64,000 bases of DNA from a bacterium (GCA_023267535.1 JAHFNC010000002.1:55426-119425), one strand, 5' to 3'; positions 29,510-42,693 are shown, counted from the stretch's first letter. Notes: generated by a model not told the origin, from the letters alone. A program made the numbers and translations.

Positions 29510-30583
29510 ATGTTTAATATTTTCGGTGGCAACAATGTCAAAGAAGCTATAGGTATTGATATCGGCACGACATCTATAAAAGTTGTTCAAGTAAAAAAAG
29601 AAAAAGAAAGATTACTGCTTCAAACTTACGGTGAAGTTGAGCTTGGGCCTTACGCTGGACTAGAAGCTGGTCAAGCAACAAATCTAGGCGAAGAAAAATT
29701 AACCGAGGCTATACAAGATTTATTAAAAGAAGCAAAAGTTACTTCAAAAGAAGCAAATTTTTCCATTGATCCAGTGTCATCGTTTATTTCTATGATTTCA
29801 GTTCCTGGTGTTGATGATTCTTCATTAAAAACAATGATTCCTCTTGAAGCTAGAAAATATATTCCAATACCAATAAGTGAAGTGCAACTTGATTGGTGGA
29901 GGGTACCTAATTTACTTTACGATGATGGAGCTGATAAGAAAAATATAAATATTATTATCGCCGCTGTGAAGAACGAGAGACTTTATATGTATGACCGAAT
30001 AGTCAATAAACTAGGGTTTTTAAACGTTGATTATGAAATAGAGGGGTTTAGTTTGGTGCGTAGTTTGGGTATAGCTCCAAATAGTGGGCTGGTGGTTATT
30101 GTTGATATCGGCGGATCATTTACTACGGTTAGTTTGGCCAGCTCTGGAATTATTGTTGATATGCATGTCATTAGTCACGGATCTCAAGAAGCAACAATTC
30201 AATTATCAAGAGCGCTCTCTGTTTCTGTTAAGGTCGCCGAAGAATCAAAAAGAGAATTCGGTTACAAGGGAGATCAATCAAATTCTTATTTTAAAGAAGT
30301 GATGGAACTTTCGAGTTATCCACTGTTTGGTGAGGTTGCACGTCTTCTACTTATGTACGAAAGAAAGTATAATCAGAGTATAAGCGGAGTAGTCGTTACT
30401 GGCGGTGGTGCGCGAATTGAAGGCATTTCAGAAATGTACAAAAAGACTGTTCAGGGAGATATGAAAATCGCAACACCATTTGATCAGGTTAACGTCCCTC
30501 CGTTTTTGCAAGATATGATTCATAAAATAGGTCCATCCTATTCTGTTGCTGTGGGTCTTGCACTAAAGAAATTACTTTCTTAA
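29510..30583 (+). CDS. pilM: Type IV pilus assembly protein PilM
   Basis: IGIDIGTTSIK actin-like fold, EARKYIP, VDIGG, TGGGA, VAVGLAL. Confidence 0.92.
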   Translation: MFNIFGGNNVKEAIGIDIGTTSIKVVQVKKEKERLLLQTYGEVELGPYAGLEAGQATNLGEEKLTEAIQDLLKEAKVTSKEANFSIDPVSSFISMISVPGVDDSSLKTMIPLEARKYIPIPISEVQLDWWRVPNLLYDDGADKKNINIIIAAVKNERLYMYDRIVNKLGFLNVDYEIEGFSLVRSLGIAPNSGLVVIVDIGGSFTTVSLASSGIIVDMHVISHGSQEATIQLSRALSVSVKVAEESKREFGYKGDQSNSYFKEVMELSSYPLFGEVARLLLMYERKYNQSISGVVVTGGGARIEGISEMYKKTVQGDMKIATPFDQVNVPPFLQDMIHKIGPSYSVAVGLALKKLLS

Positions 30584-30586
30584 TTT

Positions 30587-31303
30587 ATGCCATTTTCATT
30601 TAAATCAAAAGATAGCGGAGGCGGTGACAGCAAGGCCGGTGACGTAATGTCCTATGTTGGAAGAGCAAAAGGTAAAGGAGCTGACGCTATCGGCATATTA
30701 TTAACTGTTGTCTTTATTGCTTGTTTAATAACTGCCGGAGGATTATTTGCTTATAAAATATATTTAGAGGGACAAATAAACGCTAAACAAGCAAGAATAG
30801 ACCAAAAAGATAAAGACATTCAGTCTATTTTAAGTGGAGTTTCGATTGATGAACTTAAAAGTGTGTCCGTCAGACTTAAAGTTTTAGGCGATATGGTTAA
30901 TAATAAAACCTACGTAACCTCAGCTTTTGATATTCTTGAGAGAAGTATTGAAGACAACATAACTTTAAAAAATTTTTCTATAGCCAGTACTGACGCAGGC
31001 AAGAAATACGTTGTTGATATTTCAGGAAACGCACCAGACTATCACTCAGTTATACAACAAATAGATACCTTTAATAGGGCTCCATATTCTAATTTTATTT
31101 CTGAGGTTGAGGTAAAGTCTGTTCATCCAAATAGCACTGGTTCTATTGATTTTGCTGTCCACATGGCTATTGCTGTAAAAAATAGATCAGAAGATGTTGA
31201 CGCTTATTTTGAAAGTAGCACCGTTAATTCTTCAAATAGTACCTTCCAAGGTTCACCAGTTAATCAGCAGAGTAATTCAGCTGTTAATCCTACTAGTCAA
31301 TAA
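30587..31303 (+). CDS. pilN: PilN-like protein
   Basis: One TM plus coiled coil; position after pilM. Confidence 0.65.
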   Translation: MPFSFKSKDSGGGDSKAGDVMSYVGRAKGKGADAIGILLTVVFIACLITAGGLFAYKIYLEGQINAKQARIDQKDKDIQSILSGVSIDELKSVSVRLKVLGDMVNNKTYVTSAFDILERSIEDNITLKNFSIASTDAGKKYVVDISGNAPDYHSVIQQIDTFNRAPYSNFISEVEVKSVHPNSTGSIDFAVHMAIAVKNRSEDVDAYFESSTVNSSNSTFQGSPVNQQSNSAVNPTSQ

Positions 31304-31305
31304 TT

Positions 31306-31869
31306 ATGTCTAAATTACTTTACAATTTATTAATGATAGCCGGCTCAATAGCTCTTTATTTTTTACTGATTAATCCTTTGTATACGGGCGTTGGAAGTAT
31401 CTATCAGCCAGATAAGGGTATCACTACCTTAAAATCTATAAATGATTCATACGATATTGCTGATACGCAAGCAAAAGCTATAACCGATCAAGCTTCTGCC
31501 ATAATTTCTAGCTATCATAAAATCCCTAAGGATTCACTAGATAAAATGAAAACAATGTTACCTGATAAAGTAGATCCAATCAGACTTATGAGTGAGGTTA
31601 ATTTAATTATTAATTCAAATGGATTTTCTGCTAGCGATTTGGGTTATGGGAAGCAAGGGTCTACCGACGGCTCAGGGGTGTCTAGTTACAGCATTTCATT
31701 TTCGGTTAAGGGGAGTTATTCGAAGTTTAAAGATTTATTGAAAAAATTTGAAAACAGTATGAGAATATATAATATAGTATCTTTAAACTTTAACGTTCCA
31801 CCGGACGGACCAACTGACCAATATATATATAAAGTTAATATGGAAACTTATTATAATACTAATAAATAA
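31306..31869 (+). CDS. pilO: PilO-like protein
   Basis: One TM, MLPD, FSVKGSY..FK..L..FE...RI pattern. Confidence 0.75.
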   Translation: MSKLLYNLLMIAGSIALYFLLINPLYTGVGSIYQPDKGITTLKSINDSYDIADTQAKAITDQASAIISSYHKIPKDSLDKMKTMLPDKVDPIRLMSEVNLIINSNGFSASDLGYGKQGSTDGSGVSSYSISFSVKGSYSKFKDLLKKFENSMRIYNIVSLNFNVPPDGPTDQYIYKVNMETYYNTNK

Positions 31870-31870
31870 T

Positions 31871-32215
31871 ATGACAGAACAACAAAACACAAACAAAAGT
31901 GGAACTTCAAAACTCGTTACAGATCTTATTATTGGTGTGGTTGTTTTGGGTCTTGCTTATTATGGTTATACATTATTTAGCTCGACTGACTCTTCTGTTT
32001 CAATAGTTGATTCTGGGGCAAGCATGACACAATTCCTTGGTCCTAATCTGACAACTTTTTCACAAATGGTAACTAAAGATAAAGTCACCTTCAATTATGA
32101 TTTCTTAAATAAAACAAGTAGCTTCCAAGATTTTACTGAGACAATTAACGAGACCTCATCTCGCGGAAGAACTAATCCGTTTACACCTTATGCTTCTTCT
32201 AGATCTTCTAATTAG
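31871..32215 (+). CDS. Small membrane protein in the PilP position
   Basis: One TM; C-terminal GRTNPF. Confidence 0.6.
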   Translation: MTEQQNTNKSGTSKLVTDLIIGVVVLGLAYYGYTLFSSTDSSVSIVDSGASMTQFLGPNLTTFSQMVTKDKVTFNYDFLNKTSSFQDFTETINETSSRGRTNPFTPYASSRSSN

Positions 32216-33935
32216 TCAAAACAAACTAACCCAAAAAGAGGGTAGGGAAATAGAGGATAAATTAAAGACTGATCAAGAGGCGGTCGTTGATACTTTACTT
32301 TCAGAAAAAAATATATCCAAGGAAGATATTATGCAGATTAGGTCTGTTTTGTATGGTCTTCCTATCTTCAGAGATAATTTTAGAAGAGATGAAAAATTAG
32401 CAAGATTTATCGCGACACCTCAAGCCAAGAAGATGTTTGCTATTCCGATTGAACAAAAAGACGGAGTTCTTCACGTTGGAATAGTTGATCCAGAAAAAGG
32501 AAATGTCATAGACGGATTACAGTTTTTGTTAGGAGGAGACCATATTCCTTATAAGATTTTTTTGATTTCCTACGAAGCTTTTGATAATTACTTTGGTCCT
32601 GGTACTGAGAGTTTGGTTGATCAAGTTGAAGAGGAAGATTTGAAGTACAACACCTCAGACACATCGGGAGACTTAGATAGAAACAAAAAGAAAAAAGAAG
32701 GGGAAGAAGATATTCTGGATTTGACTGACATTGACGCTATTTTGGATGAAAAGCTAACAAAACTTTCTGTTCCAGAAATCTTGAGTGTCATTTTGCGTTA
32801 CGCTATCAACATTGAAGCCAGCGATATTCACATCGAGCATACTGGGACAAATGTCAGAGTTAGAGTTCGTCTTGATGGTATTTTGAATGTGGCCACCACT
32901 TTACCTCTTCCACTTCACGAAATGGTTATCGCCCGTGTGAAAATTTTGTGCACCATGAAGCTTGATGAAAAAAGAAAGCCTCAAGACGGAAGATTTAGCA
33001 CCAAGATGAAAGATCGTTACGTGGACTATCGTGTTTCTACTTTCCCTGGATATTTCGGTGAGAAGGTGGTTATTCGTATTTTGGATAGTTATAGAGGAGT
33101 TAGGGAGCTAAGTACTATGGGTTTTTCAGAAAGACAATTAAAAGAAGTGAGAAATGCCATCACAAGACCATACGGAATTATTTTGATTTCAGGTCCGACT
33201 GGTTCTGGAAAAACAACAACTCTTTATGCCATGTTAAGTGAGTTAGATCGTGAACATAAAAACGTGGTTTCTCTTGAAGATCCTATTGAATACAACGTGC
33301 CAAGTATGAACCAATCACAGATTTTTCCAGAAATTGGATATACTTTTGCTTCCGGTCTTCGTTCTATTTTGCGTCAGGACCCTGATGTCATTATGGTGGG
33401 TGAAATTCGTGACGCTGAGACCGCACAATTGGCTATTCAGGCTGCTTTAACGGGTCACTTAGTGTTCTCTACAATTCACACCAACACTTCTGTCGGTGTT
33501 ATTACTCGCTTAATTGATATGGGTATTGAACCGTATCTTATTGCTCCAACGCTTAATATTGCCCTTGGACAAAGACTGGTTAGAAAAATAGCTGATGGAT
33601 GTGCTAAGGAAATAGAAATGACTCCTGGTATGAGAGCCTTGATTGATGGAGAGTTTCAAGATTTGCCAGATGAATACAAGAAATTGTTAAATCTTAATGT
33701 TCCACTTCATGAACCAAACGGAACAAAAGAAAATCCGTCAGGACTTAAAGGTAGAGTTCCAGTATTTGAAGTGCTAGAAATTGACTCTGATATGGAAGCG
33801 GCAATTGTGAAAAAAGAAACTGATCAAAATTTGTGGAAAATGGCTAGATTAAAAGGTGTCATCTCAATGAAAGAAGATGCTATTCTAAAAAGTATGGCTG
33901 GACTTGTTCCATTCTCGGAAATTAATGAAATGTAG
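32190..33935 (+). CDS. pilB: Type IV pilus assembly ATPase PilB (GspE/PulE family)
   Basis: ASDIHIE, PQDGR, GPTGSGKTTT, EDPIEY, LRQDPD, GEIRD. Confidence 0.93.
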   Translation: MLLLDLLISQNKLTQKEGREIEDKLKTDQEAVVDTLLSEKNISKEDIMQIRSVLYGLPIFRDNFRRDEKLARFIATPQAKKMFAIPIEQKDGVLHVGIVDPEKGNVIDGLQFLLGGDHIPYKIFLISYEAFDNYFGPGTESLVDQVEEEDLKYNTSDTSGDLDRNKKKKEGEEDILDLTDIDAILDEKLTKLSVPEILSVILRYAINIEASDIHIEHTGTNVRVRVRLDGILNVATTLPLPLHEMVIARVKILCTMKLDEKRKPQDGRFSTKMKDRYVDYRVSTFPGYFGEKVVIRILDSYRGVRELSTMGFSERQLKEVRNAITRPYGIILISGPTGSGKTTTLYAMLSELDREHKNVVSLEDPIEYNVPSMNQSQIFPEIGYTFASGLRSILRQDPDVIMVGEIRDAETAQLAIQAALTGHLVFSTIHTNTSVGVITRLIDMGIEPYLIAPTLNIALGQRLVRKIADGCAKEIEMTPGMRALIDGEFQDLPDEYKKLLNLNVPLHEPNGTKENPSGLKGRVPVFEVLEIDSDMEAAIVKKETDQNLWKMARLKGVISMKEDAILKSMAGLVPFSEINEM

Positions 33936-34003
33936 TTTTAAATATTAATGATTTTTAAATACTATCCACTTTCTACTTTCCATTTGCTTGTTATAATGAC
34001 TAT

Positions 34004-35065
34004 ATGAATTACGATGTAGAACTCGACGATTTAATTATGACCCTTGTTAAAGAGGGTGGGTCAGATATTCACTTTAATGTTGGGAATTTCCCAACAGTTA
34101 GAGTAAGCAGAGAATTAGTTCCATTAACTAGAAAAAAAGAATTAACCGCTGATGACACTGTTGGATTTTTGAGATCAATGGTTGGAGAAAAGGCTTTCAC
34201 TGGTTTTGTTATTAAACAAGAATTAGATTTTTCATACGAACATAAAAAAGAATATCGTTTGCGTGGAAATGCTTCATTTCAAAGAGGTGTTGTTTCTGTG
34301 GCTCTCCGATTAGTTCCAAAAGTAAAACAAATAAAAGATTTGAATTTGCCAGAACAATTAATGGAAATAGCTAGACAAAAAGAAGGTTTTTTTATAGTGG
34401 TCGGACCAATTGGACAAGGAAAATCAACCACTTTGGCTTCTATGATTTCTCTTATCAACTCAGAATCAAGAAGACATATTGTAACCATCGAAGATCCGAT
34501 AGAATTTCTTTTTGATAATGACAAATCCATAATTGAGCAAAGAGAGGTTAGTATTGATACGGTGGACTTTCCAACAGCATTAAGACATGCCTTCAGACAA
34601 GACGCTGATGTTATTTTTATCGGAGAAATGCGTGACAGAGAAACTATTTCAACTGCTGTAACCGCTGCGGAAACTGGTCACCTTGTATTGTCCACCCTTC
34701 ATGCCAATAGCGCTTCTCAAACCATTGATCGTATCATTGACACTTTCCCACCAGAACAACAAGATCAGATTCGTGTTCAATTGGCTGGGTCTTTGCTTGG
34801 TATTATGTCTATTAGATTAATTCCGAGAATTTCAGGAGGCCTAATTCCTGCTTGTGAATTATTGTTGAACACTGGAGCAGTGGCTAACTTGATTAGAGAG
34901 AACAGAACTCATGAAATAGATATTTTAATTGAAACTGGTATGAGCGAAGGCATGATTGATTTGGATAGAAATTTGGCAGACTTAGTTAAAAGAGGTGAAA
35001 TTTTAAGAGAATCAGCACTAGAAAGAGTTAAAAATAAAAATTTCTTTGAAAGATTAATACAATAA
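34004..35065 (+). CDS. pilT: Type IV pilus retraction ATPase PilT
   Basis: GSDIHF, GQGKSTT, TIEDPIE, GEMRD.ET, AETGHLV, AVANLIRE. Confidence 0.93.
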   Translation: MNYDVELDDLIMTLVKEGGSDIHFNVGNFPTVRVSRELVPLTRKKELTADDTVGFLRSMVGEKAFTGFVIKQELDFSYEHKKEYRLRGNASFQRGVVSVALRLVPKVKQIKDLNLPEQLMEIARQKEGFFIVVGPIGQGKSTTLASMISLINSESRRHIVTIEDPIEFLFDNDKSIIEQREVSIDTVDFPTALRHAFRQDADVIFIGEMRDRETISTAVTAAETGHLVLSTLHANSASQTIDRIIDTFPPEQQDQIRVQLAGSLLGIMSIRLIPRISGGLIPACELLLNTGAVANLIRENRTHEIDILIETGMSEGMIDLDRNLADLVKRGEILRESALERVKNKNFFERLIQ

Positions 35066-35068
35066 TTT

Positions 35069-36298
35069 ATGTTACTTAAATATAAAGTCATAGATAAGGA
35101 CGGAGTAAAGACAGACGGACAAATGGACAGTGCTTCGAAAGATGTAGCGATTTCTGATTTGCAAAAAAGGGGTTTTAATATTATTTCTTTAGAAGAAGTA
35201 ACGACAGATACTGCTTTAGATAGAGCAGAAGCCTCACTTGGGTCAATCGGAACACCAAGAAGAAAAGTTAAACAAAAAGATATGGTTATCTTTTCCAGAC
35301 AAGCTTCAACTTTATTTGAGTCTGGTGTTTCGGCATTAAAGACTTTCAGATTATTGGCTGCGGAAAATAGTAGTCCAGCTTTACAAATCATTTTAACTAG
35401 AGTTGCTGACTCTATTGAAAAAGGTGTTTCTTTGTCAGATGCTCTCAATGAAAATCCTGAAACTTTCTCTTCTTTTTACGTCAGTATGGTTAAATCTGGA
35501 GAAGAAACAGGAAAATTAAAAGAAGTTTTTCTTTATTTGGCGGACTATCTAGATAGAGATTATGATTTGGCACAAAAGACGAAAAAAGCTTTGACTTATC
35601 CAGCTTTCGTTATCACCACTTTTATTGCCGTTATGATTGTAATGTTTGTTTTTATTATTCCAAAAATGGCAGCTATGTATGCTGATCAAGGTCAGACACT
35701 GCCGTGGGTGACTCAAGTCGTTCTGGGAATCTCTAGCTTTTTTGTTGATTACGGTATATTTTTGCTATTTGGACTTATTATTTTTGGATGGTTATTTGTG
35801 AGATATAGTATGACTGAAGAAGGAAGATATAACATCGATGAATTTAAATTAAATATTCCCGTTATCAAAAATCTTTATCAAAAAATGTTTTTGACTCGTT
35901 TGGCAGACAATATGAATACCATGTTAACAAGTGGTGTGCCGATTATTCGTTCTTTGGAAATTACAGCTGGAGTTGTAGATAATGTGGTTTATAAAAGAAT
36001 GCTTGCCAGAATTTCCAAGAAAGTTTCCGATGGACTTCCTTTATCTAAAGCGTTTTTTGACGAGCCGGAGATACCTGTAGTTTTGGTACAAATGATAAAA
36101 ATAGGTGAAGAAACAGGAGAATTGGGTAAAATTCTAAAGAGTTTAGCTTTATTTTATAAAAGAGAAGTTGACGACGCTATTGATACTTCGATTTCTTTGA
36201 TTGAACCTTTAATGATTGTTGGACTTGGTTTGGGTGTTGGATTTTTGGTGGCAGCTGTTCTTCTTCCTATGTATTCGCTCTCAGCAGACATTTCCTAA
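35069..36298 (+). CDS. pilC: Type IV pilus platform protein PilC (GspF family)
   Basis: Two T2SSF domains, GEETG.L twice, ALTYP, LIEP. Confidence 0.93.
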   Translation: MLLKYKVIDKDGVKTDGQMDSASKDVAISDLQKRGFNIISLEEVTTDTALDRAEASLGSIGTPRRKVKQKDMVIFSRQASTLFESGVSALKTFRLLAAENSSPALQIILTRVADSIEKGVSLSDALNENPETFSSFYVSMVKSGEETGKLKEVFLYLADYLDRDYDLAQKTKKALTYPAFVITTFIAVMIVMFVFIIPKMAAMYADQGQTLPWVTQVVLGISSFFVDYGIFLLFGLIIFGWLFVRYSMTEEGRYNIDEFKLNIPVIKNLYQKMFLTRLADNMNTMLTSGVPIIRSLEITAGVVDNVVYKRMLARISKKVSDGLPLSKAFFDEPEIPVVLVQMIKIGEETGELGKILKSLALFYKREVDDAIDTSISLIEPLMIVGLGLGVGFLVAAVLLPMYSLSADIS

Positions 36299-36392
36299 AA
36301 AGTATTTATTTTTAGCCTGTTCACAACTACTATTGCTTTGTTGCCTTATTTAGATATACTTTTAATATTGGGTTATCAATTAATAATTAACT

Positions 36393-37034
36393 ATGAAAAC
36401 AACAAACAAAGAAAATAAATTTAAAGGTTTTACACTTATTGAACTTTTGGTGGTTATCGCAATCATTGGACTTTTGTCTACAATTATTGCAACTCCAATT
36501 CAAAATGCTAGAAAGAAGGCGCGCGATGCTAAGAAAATTTCTGAATTAAACGCAACTCAGCTAGCCATTGAAGATTATGCTGAAGGTAATCGTGGTAATT
36601 ATCCTCCAAATCTTGCAATTTTGGCTCCGATTTATATGCCGGTTCTATCAACCTATGCTACTCCAAATGCTCAGATAAAGGATAGATTCGCTTATGTTAC
36701 TTATACATCTAATTCTGTCGGTAGTACTGACCCTGAGACTTTCGGATATCACTTGGGAGTTCACCTAGAAGTGTATAATCCAGTTTTGGAAAACGATAGA
36801 GATTGTAACAGTGCTGTTGCAAATCCTACTTTGACAGTTGGTGCTTGTGGTTTCTTTAACACTACTAATCCTATAGTAATTGCTTATCCAAACTGGGTAA
36901 GCGGTATGATCGGTGGTCCTGGCGTTGGTTTGACAACAGACCTTAATCTTCCAACCGATGCGACTGCAGATGGTGCTACAACTACTTGTACTGGTGTTAA
37001 TGACTGTGTGCTTGATGTAACTGGTCAGAGATAG
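36393..37034 (+). CDS. Type IV pilin, probably the major pilin
   Basis: KG/FTLIELLVVIAIIGLL N-methylation motif, ARKKARDA; own upstream promoter-like region. Confidence 0.9.
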   Translation: MKTTNKENKFKGFTLIELLVVIAIIGLLSTIIATPIQNARKKARDAKKISELNATQLAIEDYAEGNRGNYPPNLAILAPIYMPVLSTYATPNAQIKDRFAYVTYTSNSVGSTDPETFGYHLGVHLEVYNPVLENDRDCNSAVANPTLTVGACGFFNTTNPIVIAYPNWVSGMIGGPGVGLTTDLNLPTDATADGATTTCTGVNDCVLDVTGQR

Positions 37035-37041
37035 TTAGATT

Positions 37042-37824
37042 GTGTCGTATTTGCCTTATTTATTTTCCTTTGTTTATGGTTCTGCGATAGGAAGCTTTGT
37101 TAATGTATTAGTTAGCCGTCTAAACGTTGCTCCTGTTTTGAACGCTAGAAGTAAATGTTTGACCTGTGGGAATAAAATTGCGTGGTATGACTTGATACCT
37201 TTCGTTTCGTACATAATCCTACAAGGAAGATGTAGAAACTGTAAGGTCAAGTTTGGCATAGAAAACCTCTTAATGGAGGTTTTCTATGGCGTTATCTTTA
37301 TCTTAACTTATAAATTTATATTGATTGGTGGAAGTTTGCTTGCTGGGTTATTGTGGCTATTATTTTATTCCATCTTCTTTGTAACTTTAGGGGTCATATC
37401 ATTTTATGATTTAAAACATAAATTATTACCAGTAAATTTCTTCTTAGGTTTCTTGATTCTTTGTTTATTTGTCTTGTTTTTTAGATTTTTTGGTTCTTCT
37501 GACCTTTCCTTAACTATTTTATTGTCTCCAATAATTGTTTCTTTCCCGTTTCTTTTCCTGTGGCTAATTTCAAAAGGAAAATGGCTTGGATTTGGTGATG
37601 TCTTAATGTATATGGCAGTTGGGGCTTTCTTTAGTGTTGAACAAGGAGTTGCTGTATTTTTGTTGTCGGTATTCTTAGGAGCGTTAACCGGAGTGATTCT
37701 TATTTTGCTTAAGGGTTATAAATTTGGAAGATCAATTCCATTTATTCCTTTTATAACTTTGGCAATGATTATTGTTTTATTCACAGATATAGACATATAT
37801 TCAATAATAAAAATATTCGGTTAG
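37042..37824 (+). CDS. pilD: Prepilin peptidase
   Basis: GSFVNV, RSKCLTC...GRCRNC, YDLKH, LGFGDV, IPFIPF. Confidence 0.92.
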   Translation: MSYLPYLFSFVYGSAIGSFVNVLVSRLNVAPVLNARSKCLTCGNKIAWYDLIPFVSYIILQGRCRNCKVKFGIENLLMEVFYGVIFILTYKFILIGGSLLAGLLWLLFYSIFFVTLGVISFYDLKHKLLPVNFFLGFLILCLFVLFFRFFGSSDLSLTILLSPIIVSFPFLFLWLISKGKWLGFGDVLMYMAVGAFFSVEQGVAVFLLSVFLGALTGVILILLKGYKFGRSIPFIPFITLAMIIVLFTDIDIYSIIKIFG

Positions 37825-37851
37825 GTGATATTATATAGTTAAGTAATATAT

Positions 37852-38529
37852 ATGTTTTTTTCTATTAAAAAAAGGAAAGTGGAAGCTTTTACTTTGATTG
37901 AGCTTCTTATAAGTATAGGTATCATAACTATGATGTCGATGATTATGTTTTATAAATATCCAGACTCGGCTGTCCGTGTAAATCTTGCTAACACCACTTA
38001 CAAATTAGCTTATTTTATTAAAGAGGCTCAATTAAGAGGTAGTTCTGTGGACTCGTCGAGCGGAACAATCGGAGGATATGGAGTTTATTTGTATAACAAC
38101 AACAAGGATAGAGCTGTTATGTGGGCTGACAATGTAGATAGTTCAATTGTAACGTATAGCGGTATCGGTATTGGCAATAGTTTATACGACATAGGAACAG
38201 AAGCATCAACTACAATGCTTTTCGGCACAAACTTTTATATATCCAATATCTGTGTAACTATTTCTGGTACCAATGGAACAATCAGCTGTTCAAACGATGT
38301 TAACGGCAATGTTAATCCGTCGGCTCTATTTTCAATAATTCGTATTGTCTTTGTTAGACCAAATCCACAAGCCATGATTTATATAAATGGAAATACATCA
38401 AATCCAGAAGACAACGCTTGTATTGAGTTAAGCACCAAAGATAATTGGTTGCCAGGACACAAGAGGTCGGTGCATGTATTTAACTCAGGGGTTGTCTACA
38501 CGAGCTCTGCTCCTTGTAGCACTAATTAA
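37852..38529 (+). CDS. Minor type IV pilin
   Basis: A/FTLIELLISIGII. Confidence 0.85.
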   Translation: MFFSIKKRKVEAFTLIELLISIGIITMMSMIMFYKYPDSAVRVNLANTTYKLAYFIKEAQLRGSSVDSSSGTIGGYGVYLYNNNKDRAVMWADNVDSSIVTYSGIGIGNSLYDIGTEASTTMLFGTNFYISNICVTISGTNGTISCSNDVNGNVNPSALFSIIRIVFVRPNPQAMIYINGNTSNPEDNACIELSTKDNWLPGHKRSVHVFNSGVVYTSSAPCSTN

Positions 38530-38535
38530 ATTAAG

Positions 38536-39249
38536 ATGAAGAATTATTTTTTAAAAATAAATAAAAAAATAAACAAAAGAAAAGTTAAGGCTTTCACCCT
38601 AATTGAGCTTATGATGTCTGTGTCTATTTTTTCTTTTTTAATTCTTTTGGCTGTCGGTTCACTATTTTTAGCGCAAAGTATTAGCGTTAAAGTTTCTGGA
38701 ACACAGACAGTTATTGATGAAGTTAACTTAAGCATTGAGATGGTAACTAGAGAAATGCGTTATGCTAATAGTTTCCACTGTGTAAAATATACCGATAATG
38801 ATCCATATACATATTCTGACAAAGCTCCATTATTTGATCCGCAAGACTGTAAAAACAACGATATGGGAGGAACAGGAATTGTTTTTAGGAGAAATAACGA
38901 CTCGCAAAATAACGACACTAGAATCGGGTATTACTTAGATAAAAAGGATAGTGCTATTTATAAGCTTTCCTATGTTCGTAATGCAGACAACTCAATTAGT
39001 GTCACCAGACTTCGTGTAACTTCGCAGAATATAAAAATAAATAATGTCTCTTTCTTTGTATCTGGTTCTGCTCCTAGTAATGGGTCAGGGTCTACAGATA
39101 ACGATCAGCCACTTGTAACTATCTTGGTGTCAGGGTCATCAATTGAAAGTACAAATAAAGGAAATGCTATTTTAAATATAGGTACTGGTAAAATAAATCA
39201 TGTTCAATTCAACGTTCAAACTAGTGTTTCTCAAAGACTGGCCGGATAA
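38536..39249 (+). CDS. Minor type IV pilin (PilW-like)
   Basis: A/FTLIELMMSVSIF. Confidence 0.85.
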   Translation: MKNYFLKINKKINKRKVKAFTLIELMMSVSIFSFLILLAVGSLFLAQSISVKVSGTQTVIDEVNLSIEMVTREMRYANSFHCVKYTDNDPYTYSDKAPLFDPQDCKNNDMGGTGIVFRRNNDSQNNDTRIGYYLDKKDSAIYKLSYVRNADNSISVTRLRVTSQNIKINNVSFFVSGSAPSNGSGSTDNDQPLVTILVSGSSIESTNKGNAILNIGTGKINHVQFNVQTSVSQRLAG

Positions 39250-39252
39250 TAT

Positions 39253-39972
39253 ATGATAAAAAAGATTACAAAAATTATAAATAAGAGACAAGTAAGATCA
39301 TTTACTCTAATAGAGACTTTGGTTTCTGTTTTAATTGTTACTATTGTTATTTCAGGACCTATTGCCGTAGCTATTTCATCTTTGGGCTATGCCAGACTTT
39401 CCAAAGATCAGCTAGAATCTATGTATTTAGCTGAAGAAGCGACGGAATTATTACACAATGAGCAAGATTCAATTTTCTTACGATGTATGAATAAAGATTA
39501 CTCCAACTGCGTTATGTCAGGTAATGATAGATCTCCGCGTGACGCTGCATGGAGAATTTTTAAAGAAAGACTTCAAGGTTTGCCAACCGGAGTGGGTCCT
39601 TCTTGTTTTGATAGTGATAATTCATTTTGTGCTTTCGATATGGTTTCTATGGGAGAAAATAATAAAGATAATCCTCCTACAAAATACTCAACTGACCCGC
39701 TAGTGAATGGCAATTGTAGTTATTTATATTTTGATGGAAGTAATAATGGGGACAAAACAAACGGTTTGTATCTATGTCAGACAAACGCCGGCGTTAATTT
39801 TACAAGATCAAAATATAAAAGATATGTCCAAATGAAATCTTCGGCGTCAGGAAATTCTTATGATGATCTTTATAACAATGACTTAAGAGCAGTTGTGACT
39901 GTTTCTTATCAATCATATACTGGATATATTAAATCATTTAAGTTAGTTGATTATTTCCACGCGGGTTCATAA
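39253..39972 (+). CDS. Minor type IV pilin (PilV-like)
   Basis: S/FTLIETLVSVLIV, YLAEEATE. Confidence 0.85.
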   Translation: MIKKITKIINKRQVRSFTLIETLVSVLIVTIVISGPIAVAISSLGYARLSKDQLESMYLAEEATELLHNEQDSIFLRCMNKDYSNCVMSGNDRSPRDAAWRIFKERLQGLPTGVGPSCFDSDNSFCAFDMVSMGENNKDNPPTKYSTDPLVNGNCSYLYFDGSNNGDKTNGLYLCQTNAGVNFTRSKYKRYVQMKSSASGNSYDDLYNNDLRAVVTVSYQSYTGYIKSFKLVDYFHAGS

Positions 39973-39974
39973 TT

Positions 39975-40637
39975 ATGAGTATAAAAATTTTTTTAAAAAA
40001 TAAAATAAAAGGAGATTCAAAGAAAAAAGGTTTTATACTCCCAATGACTTTAGTTGTTTGCTCTATTATTCTCGCTATCTCGTCTGGTATTTCAATCATT
40101 CTTTTGCAAGGAATGCTTTTCTCAAGACTTTCTCGCAGTAGTCAGATTGCTTATTACACTGCGGACGTTGGTATGATGTGTGCCATATCAATAGATGATT
40201 CTTTCGTTGATTCACAAACTGGTATTGGTATTTTTCCATATGACCCAAACGAAGTAATTACTGCTACTAGCACATTAGGAAATATAAGTGGCACCGATAA
40301 CGGCACTGTTAATTTTTGGAGAGTGGCTGACGGACTTCCGGGGCTTGCACTTTCTGACGTAAAATGTGCTTCAGCCCCAATGTTCGCATCTAGTGCAGAA
40401 TTTAAAGTTGAACCTTTCTCAAGACTTTTGAAAGATGGAATAACTACAGAAAATGGTAAGTCTTCAACTTTCAAAATGAAAATAGATTTTAGTGATGGAA
40501 CATATCGTTGTGCAGTGGTGACAGTTAGTAAGACTTCAAGCTATAGAAGAATAATCTCAAGAGGATTAACCTCTTGCACCAATACTGGCAGTTTTGTTCT
40601 AGAAAGAGCAATTGTGAATATCACTCAAGAAAATTAG
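39975..40637 (+). CDS. Minor pilin, PilX-like (no Glu5)
   Basis: KG/FILPMTLVV, AYYTADVG. Confidence 0.75.
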   Translation: MSIKIFLKNKIKGDSKKKGFILPMTLVVCSIILAISSGISIILLQGMLFSRLSRSSQIAYYTADVGMMCAISIDDSFVDSQTGIGIFPYDPNEVITATSTLGNISGTDNGTVNFWRVADGLPGLALSDVKCASAPMFASSAEFKVEPFSRLLKDGITTENGKSSTFKMKIDFSDGTYRCAVVTVSKTSSYRRIISRGLTSCTNTGSFVLERAIVNITQEN

Positions 40638-40667
40638 TGTTTTTCTTAATCGTTTTGTAAGTTATAA

Positions 40668-42674
<2,007 letters not shown>

Positions 42675-42693
42675 TGATATAATTCTTGATAAT